A stretch of DNA of 64,000 bases from the human T2T-CHM13v2.0 reference genome, Homo sapiens, in the NCBI RefSeq assembly GCF_009914755.1, contig NC_060947.1; one strand, given 5' to 3'. Each line of letters opens with the position of its first letter. Within the stretch, counting starts at the first letter, position 1. The notes beneath the pieces were generated by a model. The model saw only the letters and a list, made by a program, of their open reading frames with translations. It was not told the origin of the DNA and did no database searches. The translations under genes and the position numbers were made by a program. Positions 14,856 through 32,120 of this stretch are shown here, piece by piece.

Positions 14856-15507
14856 ATGTTATGCTAGAGTCAGATTGGAAAGTAAGTCATGATATATAGG
14901 GTTAAATAAAACCCATCTGATGAGAATTTATGGTTTGTAGTGCATGGCTCTCCAGACCTCTCAGATAGGAATTTAGGCAAGATAAAAAACATCAGAGCTT
15001 AGTTCTCAGGTTGATGTTTAGAAATAAGTACTTTGTGACAACCACAAGGTAAAAGATGGAGAAAATATTATTCCTGATACTATAGATTCATAGTCCGTAA
15101 CTAGTATTGTGGTAGAGTAGAAAGGGGGGATCTATTACTGGTTTTAGGTTTGCTACTGAAAATTATTTACCAATCAAAAAAAAAATATGATTCTTACCAA
15201 GCAAAAACTCTGACTGCCACTGAAAACTTCAACTATGGAAAACTTCATAACCTATCCATGTAGTGCATTCCATTTTTTGGGTAACTGTAATCATTAGAGG
15301 GCTCTTGGAATAAATTTTCTGTCAGTACAGGGTACAGTGCATCATGACAATGGATTTCCTGTTTTACTGTATGCTTCTAGTAATGGAGTCCACATAGTAG
15401 TCCAAAAGACCTAGTGAGCCAAATCTCAATTCATGTGTCAGCATTTTATGTGATACATGGAATTCAAAAAGTTTGTGGAATAATGGAATTAAAAGATAAA
15501 AATGTAA

Positions 15508-15877
<370 letters not shown>

Positions 15878-16118
15878 TCAAGACACTTTTGAAAGCAATA
15901 ATTCTAGCCATCTAGTCCATTCCTAAAGAACTGAAGTCCTGGAAATTTAACCATGCCAATACAATCTTGCTTATAATATTAACTGATGAGAAATGAGTAC
16001 CATTTAAAGATATATTAAGATTAGGAAACAAAATGAAGTCAGAAGGATCCAAATCAGGATGTTAAGGTGGATGCCTAATGATTTCCCATCAAAACTCTTG
16101 CAAAATTGTCCTTGTTTG

Positions 16119-16270
16119 GGCCAAGCATGGTGGCTCATGCCTATAATCCAAGTATTTTGGGAGGCTGAGGTAGGATGATTACTTGAGCCCAGCAGCTCGA
16201 TACTACCCTGAGCAACATAGCAAGACCCTGTTCCTTTAAACTGGGAAAAAAACAAAACAAAAAAAAAAAC
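16119..16270 (+). mobile_element. FLAM_C Alu monomer
   Basis: Single left monomer (cttgagcccag...gcaacatagcaagaccctg) with A tail; flanking cttgtttg duplicated. Confidence 0.85.
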
Positions 16271-17239
16271 AGTTCTTGTTTGGTGACAGGAATGAGTAGG
16301 AGCACTGTGGTCGAGAAGGACTCTCTGGTGAAGCTTTCCAGGGTGATTTTCTGCAAAGCTTTAGCTAAGTTTAGCTAAGTTTCTCAAAACCCTTTCATAA
16401 TATATAGATGTTGTCATTCTTTGGCCTTCCAAAAAGTATTCAAGCAAAATTGCTTGACCATCCCCAAAAAACTTTTGCCATGACCTTTGCTCTTGACTTG
16501 TTTCGCTTTGCCTACAACACTTCTACCACTTAGTAGCCATCGCTTTGGGTCTGCTTTGTCTTCATGATTGTACTGGTAAAGCCATATTTCATCTTTTTTA
16601 CAATTCTTTGAAGAAATGCTTCAGAATCTTGATCCCACTTGTTTAAAATCTCCACTGAAAACTCCACTCTTGTTTGCAACTGATTTGAGTGTGATGGTTT
16701 TGGCACCTACTGAGTGGAAAGTTTGTTCAACTTTGATTTTTCAGTCAGAATTGCATAAGCTGAACCAACTGAGATGCTACGGTGTTGGGTATTGTTTCTG
16801 CTGTTAATCGTCAGTCCTACTCAGAGCATGAGCAAGATTAACTTTTCCTAGCAAACTTTTGTGGAGGGTCTGCTGCTGTGGGCTTCATCTTCAACAATGC
16901 CTTGCCCCATCTTTAAACAAATTATCCATTTGTAAACTGCGAATTTTTTGAGCTATTGCCACATAAACTTTTCATAAAACATCAATAATTTTACCATTCT
17001 TTTCCCTAAGCTTCAACATAAGTTTGATGTTTGTTCTTGCTTGAATTTTAGCAAAATTCATGTTGCTTTGATACCTCTTTTCGAGCTAATATCTTACACT
17101 TCTTGGTACCTCAAACTGGATCCTTGTCAGACATGAAACAAGTTAGAACAGGTTTATTTTGTTGCAAAAAATTTGAAATCCATGCATAGTTTTTTCATAA
17201 TATACATCATTGTTCATAAACTTTTTGAAGAGACACTGC

Positions 17240-18185
17240 CCAGTTAACATTTTGAATATATTTTGTGGCAAAGTACATACAAATTAAGAGGAAATATCAA
17301 TTTGCATCCTAAAAAAATCAAACTTATGTTTTGAATCTTTACACTTGTCAAAGAAGAATTTCAGCTAGCTAAGAAAATTAGCTTATAATATATGCTATTT
17401 CAACAATGTTAAATAAAACATCTAGATTTATTGATATTTTAAAACGAGACTAATGTTTCCACCTCGTTACTTCAAATAGAAGAATAAAAGACAGAAAATT
17501 TAACAATCTTATGGTCTTTGCCATTGCTCATTTGTTGAGTTTTGGATGCATTTTTCAAAGATTTACTGTACCATTAACTTTCATTCAAGATTTTCTTAAA
17601 ACAAAAAAGAATACTTGCCAAATATTTAATAATTTTGTGTTTTACATTTCCTCACTGATATGCCATATCTTGATGAGCTAAAACTGAAGCTTCAAAAAAG
17701 AAAAAGCTTCAGACCTAGCTAGAAAGGTGCAAAAATTTATATGAAAATTGAAGCTTTTCATAATGTATATCAGCAATAATGGAATCACACATTTTCCCAT
17801 TATGAATCAAATGTGGAGGGTATTAATTTTAATTGACATCCCAGAAACTGTGAGCCTGTTTGGCAATGTGGATATCAATATTAAAGGAAAATGGTTTTTG
17901 GTGCCTGTTTTAATTATTAGAAAATATTTAAGTATGTCTGAGATAATTTGAACATATAAATCTAATTTTTCAATGGTAAATTGTACAAAATCTAAATGAA
18001 GATCAAGCATTCCTGAGGAAAATGGGCACCCAATTTGAGTTATGCTATAGGTGTAATATATATACCAGAGTTTGGAGACTTAGTGCAAAAAATGTAAAGC
18101 TTGTCATAAATATTTTCTATTGATTACATCTTGAAATAAAAATATGTTAGATATGTTGGGTTAAATTAAATGGTATCTTTAAAAA
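17240..18185 (+). mobile_element. hAT-Charlie (Charlie5/MER33-like) fragment
   Basis: LDELKLKLQ...ARKVQKFI..LKLF transposase-like remnant; MER33-like terminal block (ttgattacatcttgaaat...ttgggttaaa). Confidence 0.55.
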
Positions 18186-18567
18186 TTGGATTTTTTAAAT
18201 TTGACTTTTTATTTGAGATAACTGTAGATTTACACAAGCAGTAAGAAATAATAATGAAATATTTCACGTACACTTTACTTAAGTTTCCACAATAGTAACA
18301 TCTTGCAAAATTATAGTATAATATCACAACTAGAATAGTGATATTGATAAAGTCAGGAAGCAGAACACTTTCATCATCCTTCGTAGAAACATCTACTTCC
18401 ATCTTGCCCTCACTTCCTTATTAAACCCTGGTAACCACTTATCAGTTCTTCTTGTATATAATTTTCTCATTTGAAGAATGTTATATAAATGAAATCATAC
18501 AGTATAAAAACTTTTGTTATTGGCATTGGCATTTTTTCACCCAGAATATTTATCTAGATATCAGTAG

Positions 18568-18780
18568 TTTTTCTTTCTTTTCTTTTCTTCTTTTCCCCTT
18601 TCCTTTCCTTTCTCTTTTCCTTTCTCCTTTCCTTTCCTTTCCTTTTTCTTTCTTTTTTCTTTCTTCTTTCTCTCTCTTCTTTCTTTCCCTCCCTCCCTCC
18701 CTCCCTCCCTCCCTCCCTCCCTCCCTCCCTTCCTTCCTTCCTTCCTTCCTTCCTTCCTTCCTTCCTTCCTTTTCTTTCCT
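18568..18780. repeat. Polypyrimidine compound microsatellite (TTTC)n/(CCCT)n/(CCTT)11
   Basis: About 210 bp with no purines on the + strand. Confidence 0.95.
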
Positions 18781-18982
18781 GCTGAGTAGTGCTCAATGGT
18801 ATAGTGTATATTTAAATATTCACCTATTAAGGGAAATCTGGGTTGTTTCCAGTTTTTGACTATCATGAATGTATCTGTTATAAACATTTATGTAGAGCTT
18901 TTTCAGTGAACATGAATTCATTACTCTGTGATAAGTGCTCAAGAGTACATTACTGAGTTGTATGATTTGTATATCTTTAGTT

Positions 18983-19020
<38 letters not shown>

Positions 19021-19133
19021 ACCTGACAAACTGTTTTCCAGAGTGGTCATACCATTTTACATTTCCACCAGCAATATATGTTTCCCAAGATCCATGCCAA
19101 TATTTGGTGTTGTTGATAAGAGAGTTGTCACTG

Positions 19134-19447
<314 letters not shown>

Positions 19448-22400
19448 TTATTCTAGCCATTCTGATAAAGGTGCAGTATGTATCTTATTTTATGGTTTTC
19501 ATTTGAATTTTCCTTATAATTATATCAAACACCTTTACATGTGCTTATACGCCATTTATATATCTTCTTCTGTGAAATATTTCCACATATCTTTTGCCTT
19601 TGTTCTAAGTGTTTCTGCTCCTTTTTTCCTAGTGTTGAATTTTGAAGTTCTTTATACAGCTTATATATAGCTTTATATATAGCTTATACATTTAGTCTTT
19701 TGACAGGTCTTTCTCAGAGCACAATTTTTAGATTTTGACAAAGTCAAATTTATCATTTTTAAAAATTTTATAAATTATAATTTTGGTGTCAAATCTAAAA
19801 ACATTCTGGCTAATCCTAGGTACCAAGGATTTTCTCCTGTTTCTTCTAAAAGTTGTTGCATTTAAGCCTGTTATTCAGTTTGAATTAATTTTGTTGAAGG
19901 CCTAAGACTTAGGCCTAGATTGTTTTTCTTTTATTTGCCTGTGGGTGTCCAATTATTTCAACACTATTTGTTGAAAGGCTATATTTCCCTCCAATGAATT
20001 ACTTTTATACCTTTAAAAAATTAGTTGGACATATTTGTGTACATGTATTTTTGAGTTCTTAATTATTTTCCATTGATCTATGTGCTCATTTCTCCACAGA
20101 TAACCACACACTCTTGATTACTGTAGCTATATTATGTCTTAAAATCTTCCTTTCTGATTTATATGTTTTATTGCCTTATTGTAGTAACTGGAACTCCTAG
20201 TACTGTTTAACTAAAAATACTGGGAGTGAATGTCCTTGCCTTGTTTCCAGTCTTAGTGGGGAAAGTATCAGGTCTTTCACTATGAAGTTTAATGTTAGCT
20301 GCATGTTTTTCATAGATGTCCCTTATCATGTTGGAGAAGTTCCCATGTATTTCGATATTTCTGAATGTTTTATTAAAAATATTAAACTGTGCCAAATAAG
20401 TTTTCCACATCAAATAATATGATCCAGTGATTTTCTTTTTACTAGACTGCTAATATGGTGGATTACATTGACTGATTTTCAAATATTGATTCATCCTTGA
20501 ATGCCTGGAACAAATCCCACATGGCATGGTGAATAATTATCATTTTTATTTTGCTAGTATTTTGCTAAGGATTTTTCCATCTATAACCATGAAATATATT
20601 GGTATGTAATTTTTTTGGTGCAGTCTTTAGCTTGCTTTTATATCAGAGTAATAATACTTTCATAAAATGAATTAGAACATGTTCTGTCTTCTCTTCTTTG
20701 CAACATATTATGTAGAATTGACGTCAGTTTCTTTTAAATGTTTGTTAGAATTCTCAAACAAAAATATCTGAACTTAGAGATATTTCATTTTGGATTTTTT
20801 TGAATTTTAAATTTAATTCCCTTAATAGTTTTAGAACAATTTAAATGATCTATTTTATATCAGTGAGTTTGGATAGTTTGCATTTTTTTTTGAGGATGGT
20901 GTGCAGTTTTTCTAAGTTGTTAATTGTGTGTATATGGAATTATATGTAGGATTCCCTCATATATTTTAGATGTCTTTAGAGTCTATAGTGCTATTCCCTA
21001 TTCCATTTTTTACATTGGCAATTTATGTCTTCCTTTTTTCTTTCTTTCTCATTCTTGCTAGAAATTTGTCCACTGTATTGCAGTTTTCAAAGACCAGTTC
21101 TTAGTTTCATTGATTTTCACTGCAATTTTTGTTTCAATTTTATTGATTTCCACTGTAATCTTTACCTTCCTTATGTTTGCTTTAGGTTTATTTTGTTCTT
21201 CTTTTTTAAGTTTTTTTGGGGGGGAGGGTGGGGGGAGCTTACATTAATGATTTGAGATTTTAATTATTTTTTTAATGCATGCATTTAGTACTGTAAATTT
21301 ATCATCTGCATTGCTTTCACTACGATCTCATTGTTTTTTCTCTTTTTACATCAATAAAAAGTTCCAATACTCCCTCTCTCACTCTATACACATTTCCCCT
21401 ATTATTAACATTTTACATTAGTGAAATGCACTTGTCACAGTTGATGAACCGACATTGACACATGATTATAACTCAAAGTTCACAAAGTCCCCATTAAGGT
21501 TTGCTCTTGGTGTTGAACAGTCCTAAGATTTTTACAAATAAATGATGTCATGTATTTAGCATTACAGTATTATTCAGAATAGTTTCACTGCCCTAAAAAT
21601 CCCTTGTTCCCCACCTATTCTTCCCTTCCTTTCCCTACAAGCCTGGAACCCATTGCTATTTTTACAGTCTTCATAGTTTTCCTCTTTCCAGAATGTCAAA
21701 TTATTGGAATCATCCAGTACATAGTCTTTTCAGATTGGGTTCTTTTACTTAGTAATATGTGTTTATAATATCTCCATGTCTTCTTATGGCTTGATAACCT
21801 GTTTATTTTTTGTGCTGAATAATATTTTATTGCATGGACGGTACCAGTTTATTTATTATTTCACTTATTGAAGGACATCTTGATTGTTTTCAATTTTGAC
21901 AACTGAATAAAACTGCTATAAACATCCAAGTGCTGGTTTTTGTGTGAAGATAAGTTTTAATCATATTTGGGTAAATAACAAGAAGTATGAATGTTGAATC
22001 ATATGGTAAGATTAAATTTAAAGAGATTATAGATATTGCTGGATTAATATCAACCATTTTTGTATCTGTTTTCTATTTGTTCCTCTTATTCTTTTTTTCC
22101 TTGTTGTCTTCCATTTCTTTGCCTTTTCTGGTTTTGAGTATTTCATATGATTCTATTTTTTCTCACATTTTAACATATAAAGTATACTTTTAAAAAACTT
22201 TTTAAGAGGTTGCCGTAGTTTGCATTATACAAATCAAAGTCCACTTTCAAATAACTGTATACTGCTTCAAGTGTAGTGTGAGTACCTTATGACAGAATAT
22301 TATGAATTTCATCCTTCTGTCTTTTGTAACATTACTGTCATTAATTTCTCTCAACCATATGGCAAAATTACCCAATATATTCTTGCTATTATGTTGAATA

Positions 22401-22734
22401 TACTGTCATCTATTAGATCAGTAAGACAAAAAAATGAAAAGTTTTATCTCCATTTATTCTTCATCTAATGCTCTACCTTTCTTTATGTGCATCTGAGTTT
22501 CTGACCTCTATTATTTCCCTTCTCTCTGAAGAACTTCTTTTGATATTTCTTCCAAGTCAGGTCTACTAGTGGCAAATCCCCTGCTTTTGTTTGATAAAGT
22601 CTTCGTTTCATTTTCGTTGTCAAAGGTTCACTGGATACAGAATGCTAGGTTAATCGGGTTTTTCTTTCATGACTTTAAATGTTTCCCTCTTCCCTCTTAT
22701 TGCTTCGGTGGTTTCTGAAGAGAAGTCTGATATA

Positions 22735-22841
22735 ATTCTTATCATTTTTACTTTATTATGTAGTGTTCCCCCTCTACCTGACTTCTTTCAAAAAACTTTA
22801 TTAGTATATTTCCTTGGTCTTTTGCGGTTTGAATATAATAC
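22735..22841 (+). repeat. Copy 1 of a 107-bp direct duplication (within L1M)
   Basis: Identical to 25366-25472 except for one base (T22745 vs G25376). Confidence 0.95.
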
Positions 22842-24700
22842 GCCTAACTGTATAATTTTTTGGCATTTATTTTGCCTGGTATTATCTGAGCTTACTGACT
22901 CTGTGGCTTGGTGTCTGTCAATAATTTTGTAAAATTCTCAGTCATTATTGCTTCAAATATTTAAATATTTCTTCTCTTTCTTTCCTTTTTTTCCTTGTGA
23001 TATTCACATTATGCGTATGTTACCCTTTCTGTTGGTTTCCAATTTGTTCACCTTTTTTTCATGTATTGTGGATGGAAGTAATGACTTTGAAGTGCCTTAC
23101 ATGCTGGGCCAGAAATCCTGACTTTTAAAAAATGTGCAGACATTAAAGTTTAGTCTTTGTGCTGTAACATTCTATGAGTTTTGACAAGAATGTGTGTCAT
23201 GAATTCACTACTACAATATCATACAGAATAGTTCCTTTGCCCTAACAAAATCTCTTTTGCTTCACCTACTCAACATTTAAACACCCTCTAAATCCTTGAA
23301 AAATCCTGATCTTTTTTATAGTCTTTGTATTTTTACCTTTTCTAAAATGTTATATAATTGGAATAACAAAGCATGTTGCCTTTTCAGTCATGTTTCTTTC
23401 ACTTAGCACTATGCCTTTGAGATCCATCCATGTCTTTTTTGTTTCAAAGCTATTTTCTTTGTATCACTGAATAACTTTCCATTGTATGGATGTACCATAG
23501 TTGGTTTATCCATTCTCTTATTAAAGGACATCTTGGTTGCTTCAAATTTTTTGCCATTATGAATAAAGGTACTATAAACATTCATATACAAATGTTTGTA
23601 TAAGCATAAGTTTTCAAATTAGTTGGGTAAATACCTAAAATCACAATTGCTCTTTTGCCTGATAAACTATGATTAGCTTTGTAAGAACCTAAAAGTTGTG
23701 GTCAGAATGGTTGTACTAGTTTGCATTCTCTCCATAATGAATGAGAGTTCTGGTTGCTTCACATCCTCACCAGCAACTGTTATTGTTCAGGTTTTTATTT
23801 TAACGCTTCTAATAATGGTTAGTGGTAACTTGTTTTGTTTTGCAATTTCATAGTGACATATAATGTTGAGTATCTTAATATGCTTATTTACCATCTGTGT
23901 ACATCTATATATATTTTTTGATAAGCTGTCTGTTCAGGTCATTTACCCTTTTCTTAATTAGGTTTATTTTCTTGTTTCTAAATTTTAAGAGTTTTTTGTG
24001 TGTTTTGCATACAAGTCTTTTTTCAGATATTTGTTTTGTAAACATCTTATTCCAGTTTGGGGCTTGAAAGTTTTATTTTTTTAATTTTGATGAAGCTAAA
24101 CATCAATTTTTTTCATTTATGGATTGTGTTTTTGTGTTATATCTTAAAAACTCATTGCTAAGCTCAAGGCCATCCAGATTTCTCCTCTGTTTTCTACTAG
24201 AACGGTTATACTTTTGAATTTTACATTTACATTTATAATTCAGTTTGAGTTATCTTTGTGAAAACCGTGAGCTGTGTGTATAGGTTTTCTTTCTTTATGT
24301 GGACATCCAGTTGTTCCAGAACCCTTTGCTTAAAAAATTATTATTTCTCTATTAAATTGACTTGACTTTGATACTTTGTTCAACAGGATATTAATTATTC
24401 CAAAAATGCACTTTGGCAATGATCTGGCATGACTTCTCTGGAATCTTGGCATCATCCTCATGAAGTTCATTCCCACAGAGGTCAAAACTAGAGAACTTGA
24501 TTAAAATTTGTCAGGCTAGTTCATGGCTGTGATTCATGCTTTACTGAGGACTTTTTCAACAACAAAAAACAAGATCATTGAATTACAATTGACATGAAGT
24601 ATATTACTTTCCTTGAATTTTTTTCTAAATGTTAATGTTGCCCCGTGAGTGATTTTTGCTATAGGTATGGTTTGAAACTTAGAATTAATCAGCAAAATTG

Positions 24701-25005
<305 letters not shown>

Positions 25006-25365
25006 AGTAATTAGCAAAATCAAGTGTTAAATATGTTTTGACTTAACATGTCCTAGAAAGCCAAACTAAATCTTAGCTGGATAAATAGAATGGACATAGA
25101 AACCCATTTTTATTATCTTCTAGGTTCATTTTTCCCTCTCAGTTTTGTATTTGTTGTAAAATTTACAGTTGGAAACCCTTAAAACCTTGAAAACATGATA
25201 TAAATGACAATAACATTGCCATTATTAAATCCGTTTGGATTTTTTTTCTTTTTATATACTGTCTCTTCTTTAACAAGAGTTGTCCTATTAGTGGAATTTA
25301 CAAATAGATTCAGTATAGGTAATTATGATTTCAGTGAAAATGCTCTTATGTGGAAATTGGTTAGT

Positions 25366-25472
25366 ATTCTTATCAGTTTTACTTTATTATGTAGTGTTCC
25401 CCCTCTACCTGACTTCTTTCAAAAAACTTTATTAGTATATTTCCTTGGTCTTTTGCGGTTTGAATATAATAC
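25366..25472 (+). repeat. Copy 2 of a 107-bp direct duplication (in non-L1 context)
   Basis: Matches 22735-22841 at 106/107 bases; offset 2631 bp. Confidence 0.95.
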
Positions 25473-26049
25473 TTTAACTATCTCCTTTTTGAATTCCACC
25501 ATCCTGCCTTCACAGTGTTTTTATCTAAAATTCTTAAGAGTTTTAAAAAAGATTGCATCAACTTACAGCCCATCATACATATTGAAAAGAAAATTATTTT
25601 AAGGAATGTGCTCAAATGATCCTTTTCTTTTTAACTTCTAGATCTTGGTTTATATCTCCAAGAAACCTGGGAAAAGAACAGTAGCAATGTTTCATCCCCA
25701 CTTCTTAGCAGGTTATCTAATAATTTGCCTATTCATGCAATGGTGACTCATAAAACCACTGCCTTCTACCACTAGATGGTTTTCCATTTCTAAATAAATA
25801 ATAAATAAATAAATAAATAAATAAAAAACACACAAAAAGCTCTTACTTTTATGGATGCTGTGGGAAACACAAAACAATGCTTAAATAATGAAAAATATAA
25901 CTTACTTATAGGTTCTCAGTAATATGAGAGAAGAAATGCCATATAACCATAATACAGATGATCCCCATTTAAACAGATTAATGGAAGAGAGAGAAGTGAA
26001 CTCTTAAAGGATGTAATTAGAATATATCAAATGTTTCTTTGGAACATGA

Positions 26050-26319
26050 TTTTGAATTTAAAATTTCAATTGGTGAATTGAAAAGAAGATAAATATTGAA
26101 GACTGAAGTTAATTAGTGGACTAAAAAATCAAGGAAAGTCTCAAAATAGAACAAAAACACACAAATAAATCACTAAAAGAAAAATAGGAAACTTAAAGGA
26201 CAGATCTAGGGAAATAATTTCAGGAGAAGAAACTCAATCATATGAAAGAAATATATTTAGCAAAAAAGAGAAGACATTTAGCTTCACCTAAAGACTTGAG
26301 TCTGGGAACATAAGGGTCT
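26050..26319 (+). mobile_element. Ancient L1/HAL1 ORF1-like fragment
   Basis: gaggacagatctagg-like motif and aaagacttgagtct. Confidence 0.45.
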
Positions 26320-26505
26320 TGCTATGGTCTGAATGTGTCTTCACAAAATTTGTATATTGAAAGTTAATTACCAATATGATAGGATTAGGAGGTAGGGCCC
26401 TTAAGAGGTTATTAAGTCATAAAAGCTGAGCCCTTATGAATAGTATTAGTGCCCCTACAAAATAAGTTGCAGGGAGGTGCCTTGTCTTTCTGTTCTCTCT
26501 TCTTT
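26320..26505 (+). mobile_element. MaLR LTR 5' half (MSTC/MSTD/MLT1A-like)
   Basis: Starts tgctatggtctgaatgtgtc; truncated. Confidence 0.75.
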
Positions 26506-27572
26506 GATGAAGCAAGCTACAGTAAGTTATCCAGAAGAAACAGCTAAGATAAATGATAAGGGTGACTACACCAAAAAACAGATTCTCAATGTAGACAAAA
26601 TAGTATTCTTTAGGAAGAACATGCCATCTAGGTCTTTTATAATTAGAGAGAAGACTTCAATGCTTGGCTTCAAATGAGCAAAGGGCAGGCTGACCCTTTT
26701 GTTAGAGGCTAGCACAGCTGGTGACTTTCAGTAGAAGCCAGTGCTCATTTACCATTCCAAAAATCCTAGGGCCCTTAAGAATTATGCTGAATTGTGACGC
26801 TGCCTGTGCTCTATAAATAGAAGAGCAAAGCCCGAATGAGAGCACATCTGTTTACAGCATGGTTTACTGAATATTTTAAGCCTACTCTTGAGATCTACTG
26901 CTCAGAAAAAAAGATTCCTTTTAAAATATTACTGCTTATTGACAATGCACCTAGTCATCCAAGAACTCTGATGAAGATGTACAAAAACAATGTGGCCCAT
27001 GAATCAAGGAGTAATTTCAACATTCAATACATATTATTTAAGAGGTACATTTTGGGCCAAGTGTGGTGGCTCACACCTATAATCCCAACACTTTGGGAGG
27101 CTGAGGCAGACAGATTGCTTGAGCTCAGGAGTTCGAAGCCAGCCTGTGCAACATGGCAAATCCCCATCTCTATAAAAAACAGAAAAATTAACCAGTCCTG
27201 TGGTCTCAACTACTCAAGAGGCTGAAGGGGGGAGGATCACTTTAGCCCTAGAACCAGAGGTTGCAGTGAGCCAAAATCACACCACTGCACTCAGCCTGTG
27301 TGACAGAGCAAGACCCTGTCTCAAAAAAAAAAACAAAAAACAAAAAACAAAAACAAAACAGACATTTCATAAGGCTATAGCTGACATAGATAGTGATTCC
27401 TCTGATGTATCTGGACAAAGTCAAGTGAAAGCCTCTGGAAAGGATTCACCATTCTAGGTGCCATTAAGAACGTGAGATTCATAGGAGGAGTCAAAATATC
27501 AATATTAACAGGAGTTTGGAAGAAGATAATTCCAACCCTCATGGATGAATTTTGAGATTTTTAAGAATTCAG
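26506..27572 (+). mobile_element. Tigger1 internal transposase (DDE) fragment, no TIRs
   Basis: SYPEETAKINDKGDYTKKQILNVDK; [14 protein letters not shown]...[17 protein letters not shown]; KAIADIDSDSSD. Confidence 0.92.
27055..27360 (+). mobile_element. AluJ
   Basis: gattgcttgagctcagg and ggaggatcactttagccc; diverged. Confidence 0.9.
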
Positions 27573-27709
27573 ACCCTTGTCTCTACCAAATATACAAAAT
27601 TTAGGCAGGCGTTGTGGCATGCACCTGGTTATTCTTTATACCACTCTTTATAATTACTTTAGAAATACTTCTTGTGGCTGCTTTGGAACTTACAATATGC
27701 ATATTTGTT

Positions 27710-29385
27710 TACAGAATTTCATCACTGAAAAAAATTTTTTTGCTTTATTTTTGTCTGAGTTGATTCAAAGAATCTATTTTGAGCTCTGAGATTCTTTTTT
27801 CAGCTTTGTCTATTATGCTGTTAATACTTCTGATTTTATTATATAATTATTGCAGTGAATTTTTCAGCTCCAGAATTTCAGTTTGATTTTTTTCTTAAAA
27901 TGGCCATTTTGTCTTTCAGCTCTTGGATTCTTTTTCTGGATTCTTTCGATTCCTTGGTTTGAGGTTCAAATTTCTGCTGAATCTTAATGAGCTTTCTTGC
28001 CATCTAGACTGAATTCTATGTCTGTCATTTCAATCACTTCAGACTGGTTAAGAAACATTGCTGGGAAGCTAGTGGACTTCTTTCGAGATAAGAGGACACT
28101 TTGGCTTTTACATTGCCAGAGTTCTTGTGCTGATTCTTTCTCATCTTTAAGGGTTGGTGTTCCTTTAACTGTGATGTAAGTTTAGTATAGTAAGTTGGCT
28201 TTATTTCTGGATTTTTTCAGAGGGCTAAGGCTCTGTGCAGGGTCTTTATTTTTTGGTGTTTTAGTTTGGGCTGCAATCCAGTAGATTGTGCTTAAGAGTA
28301 GAGGCCAGTGGGTAGCCTCTTACTCAGCTCTGTCTCCTTTGTATTTCCTTGCATTTATAGCCGTGCTCCATGCTGTGGTAAGGAGAGAGGTGACTGGCTC
28401 ACCACGTTCACTCCTGGGTCTCAGGAGAGCCCCCTTCCATCATGAGCACTGTGCTTTTATATCTTTTGTTAAGTATCCTGAGCCACAGTTAATCCTCAGG
28501 AAGAAGACTCAGTAGGGAGATAGGCCACAGCCTTTCTGGGCTGACCCTGAGGAGGGAGACATGCCTCGTTCCCACATCAGCCCACAAACCCACATGCCTC
28601 ACCCCTTTCAGTGCTCAGGGAATGTGGGCTCCTCCCCTGCTTAAATGCTGGCCACCAGTCTTGGCTGGGTAGTCCTGAAACTCAGAGTCAAGTTCTGGGT
28701 GTGCTGGGAGATCCAAGGTGCTCCCAGTGAAATTGAGTGGAACAAAGCCCCCAAGCTGGGCAGTGGAGGCTGCACTGTGCAAATACTTCTGCAGTGTATC
28801 TAAGAAGAGGCCCTGGTAGAGGCTGGTGTACAGGACTGTTTGCAAAACAGACATGCCCCAGGCCCTCTGGGAAGTTCACTCTGGTTTCTCCTGGCCTGAT
28901 GGTTAGCTGCAGCTACAGCTTCTGAGAGGAAGATGTGGAGTCCCGGGGGACGCGTGTCAATGGCTGTGCTCTGCGAGAGTTGCCTCAGGCACAAAAGCCC
29001 CTGGCTGCACACTAGATGAAGCCCTCTCTCTGCCTACTCCCTAGGCAGTCCTCCTGCCAGCTCAAATGTCCATGGAGGATGTGGGGTCCCCTGTAGCTAG
29101 GAACCCAAAGGTCCATGAGGAGAGTGGGCAGTCCCACAGTTCCTTCACTCACACCTTTCCCAGGAGCTGTTTGGGGCTGGGAAGTAGCCCTAGCATTCAA
29201 ATACTCAACACAGGGTTATGTGATTACTCTTTCTTACTCTTTAGCCTCAGTGTCTGCATCATGTCTCTACCCACTCTCAGTATTTTCTTTCCAGTGATTT
29301 ATGGAAATTATATTGGTTTATTTGAAATTTTTGTCTCAGTGGGAACAGCACTTCCTGGCTATGTTTAGTTGGATACCTTGTCCTG
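27710..29385 (-). mobile_element. Old L1 ORF1 + 5' UTR region (L1M-type)
   Basis: Antisense ORF1 text (gtgaatttttcagctccagaatttcagtttg) followed by a GC-richer 5' UTR. Confidence 0.7.
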
Positions 29386-29664
29386 CTCCTTTTTTCATTT
29401 TTTACTAAAAAAATGTTTTAGTGTAGAGAACAATGAGCCAGCTGTAGGTGATAGCACTCAAGTTAGGAGGTTTGAATGTTCTTTATAATGTTGGATTACT
29501 TGATAGGGATATTATATTTAGTCCCATTCCAGTCTGTAAGACTTTGTTGTTTAGCAACATAATTTAAGCAAATTTTAGGCAAATTTTTATCAGTATTTTT
29601 ATCAAAATTCTGTAATTTTGTTTTATGAATGTAATTTTTATGCTTTTTTATTTCAAAAATTTTG

Positions 29665-32120
<2,456 letters not shown>

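Larger units (their letters stand above)
13417..15008 (-). mobile_element. MER4A-family (ERV1) solo LTR, split by LTR17
   Basis: TG...CA ends (tgtcaacaaaaagag...agttctca); 4-bp TSD GGTT at 13413-13416 and 15009-15012. Confidence 0.85.

Noticed and set aside
26836-27225. 129-aa Tigger DDE ORF as a domesticated TIGD-like gene
   Set aside because: It is a fragment with surrounding stops and frameshifts, an internal deletion, and read-through into an Alu.
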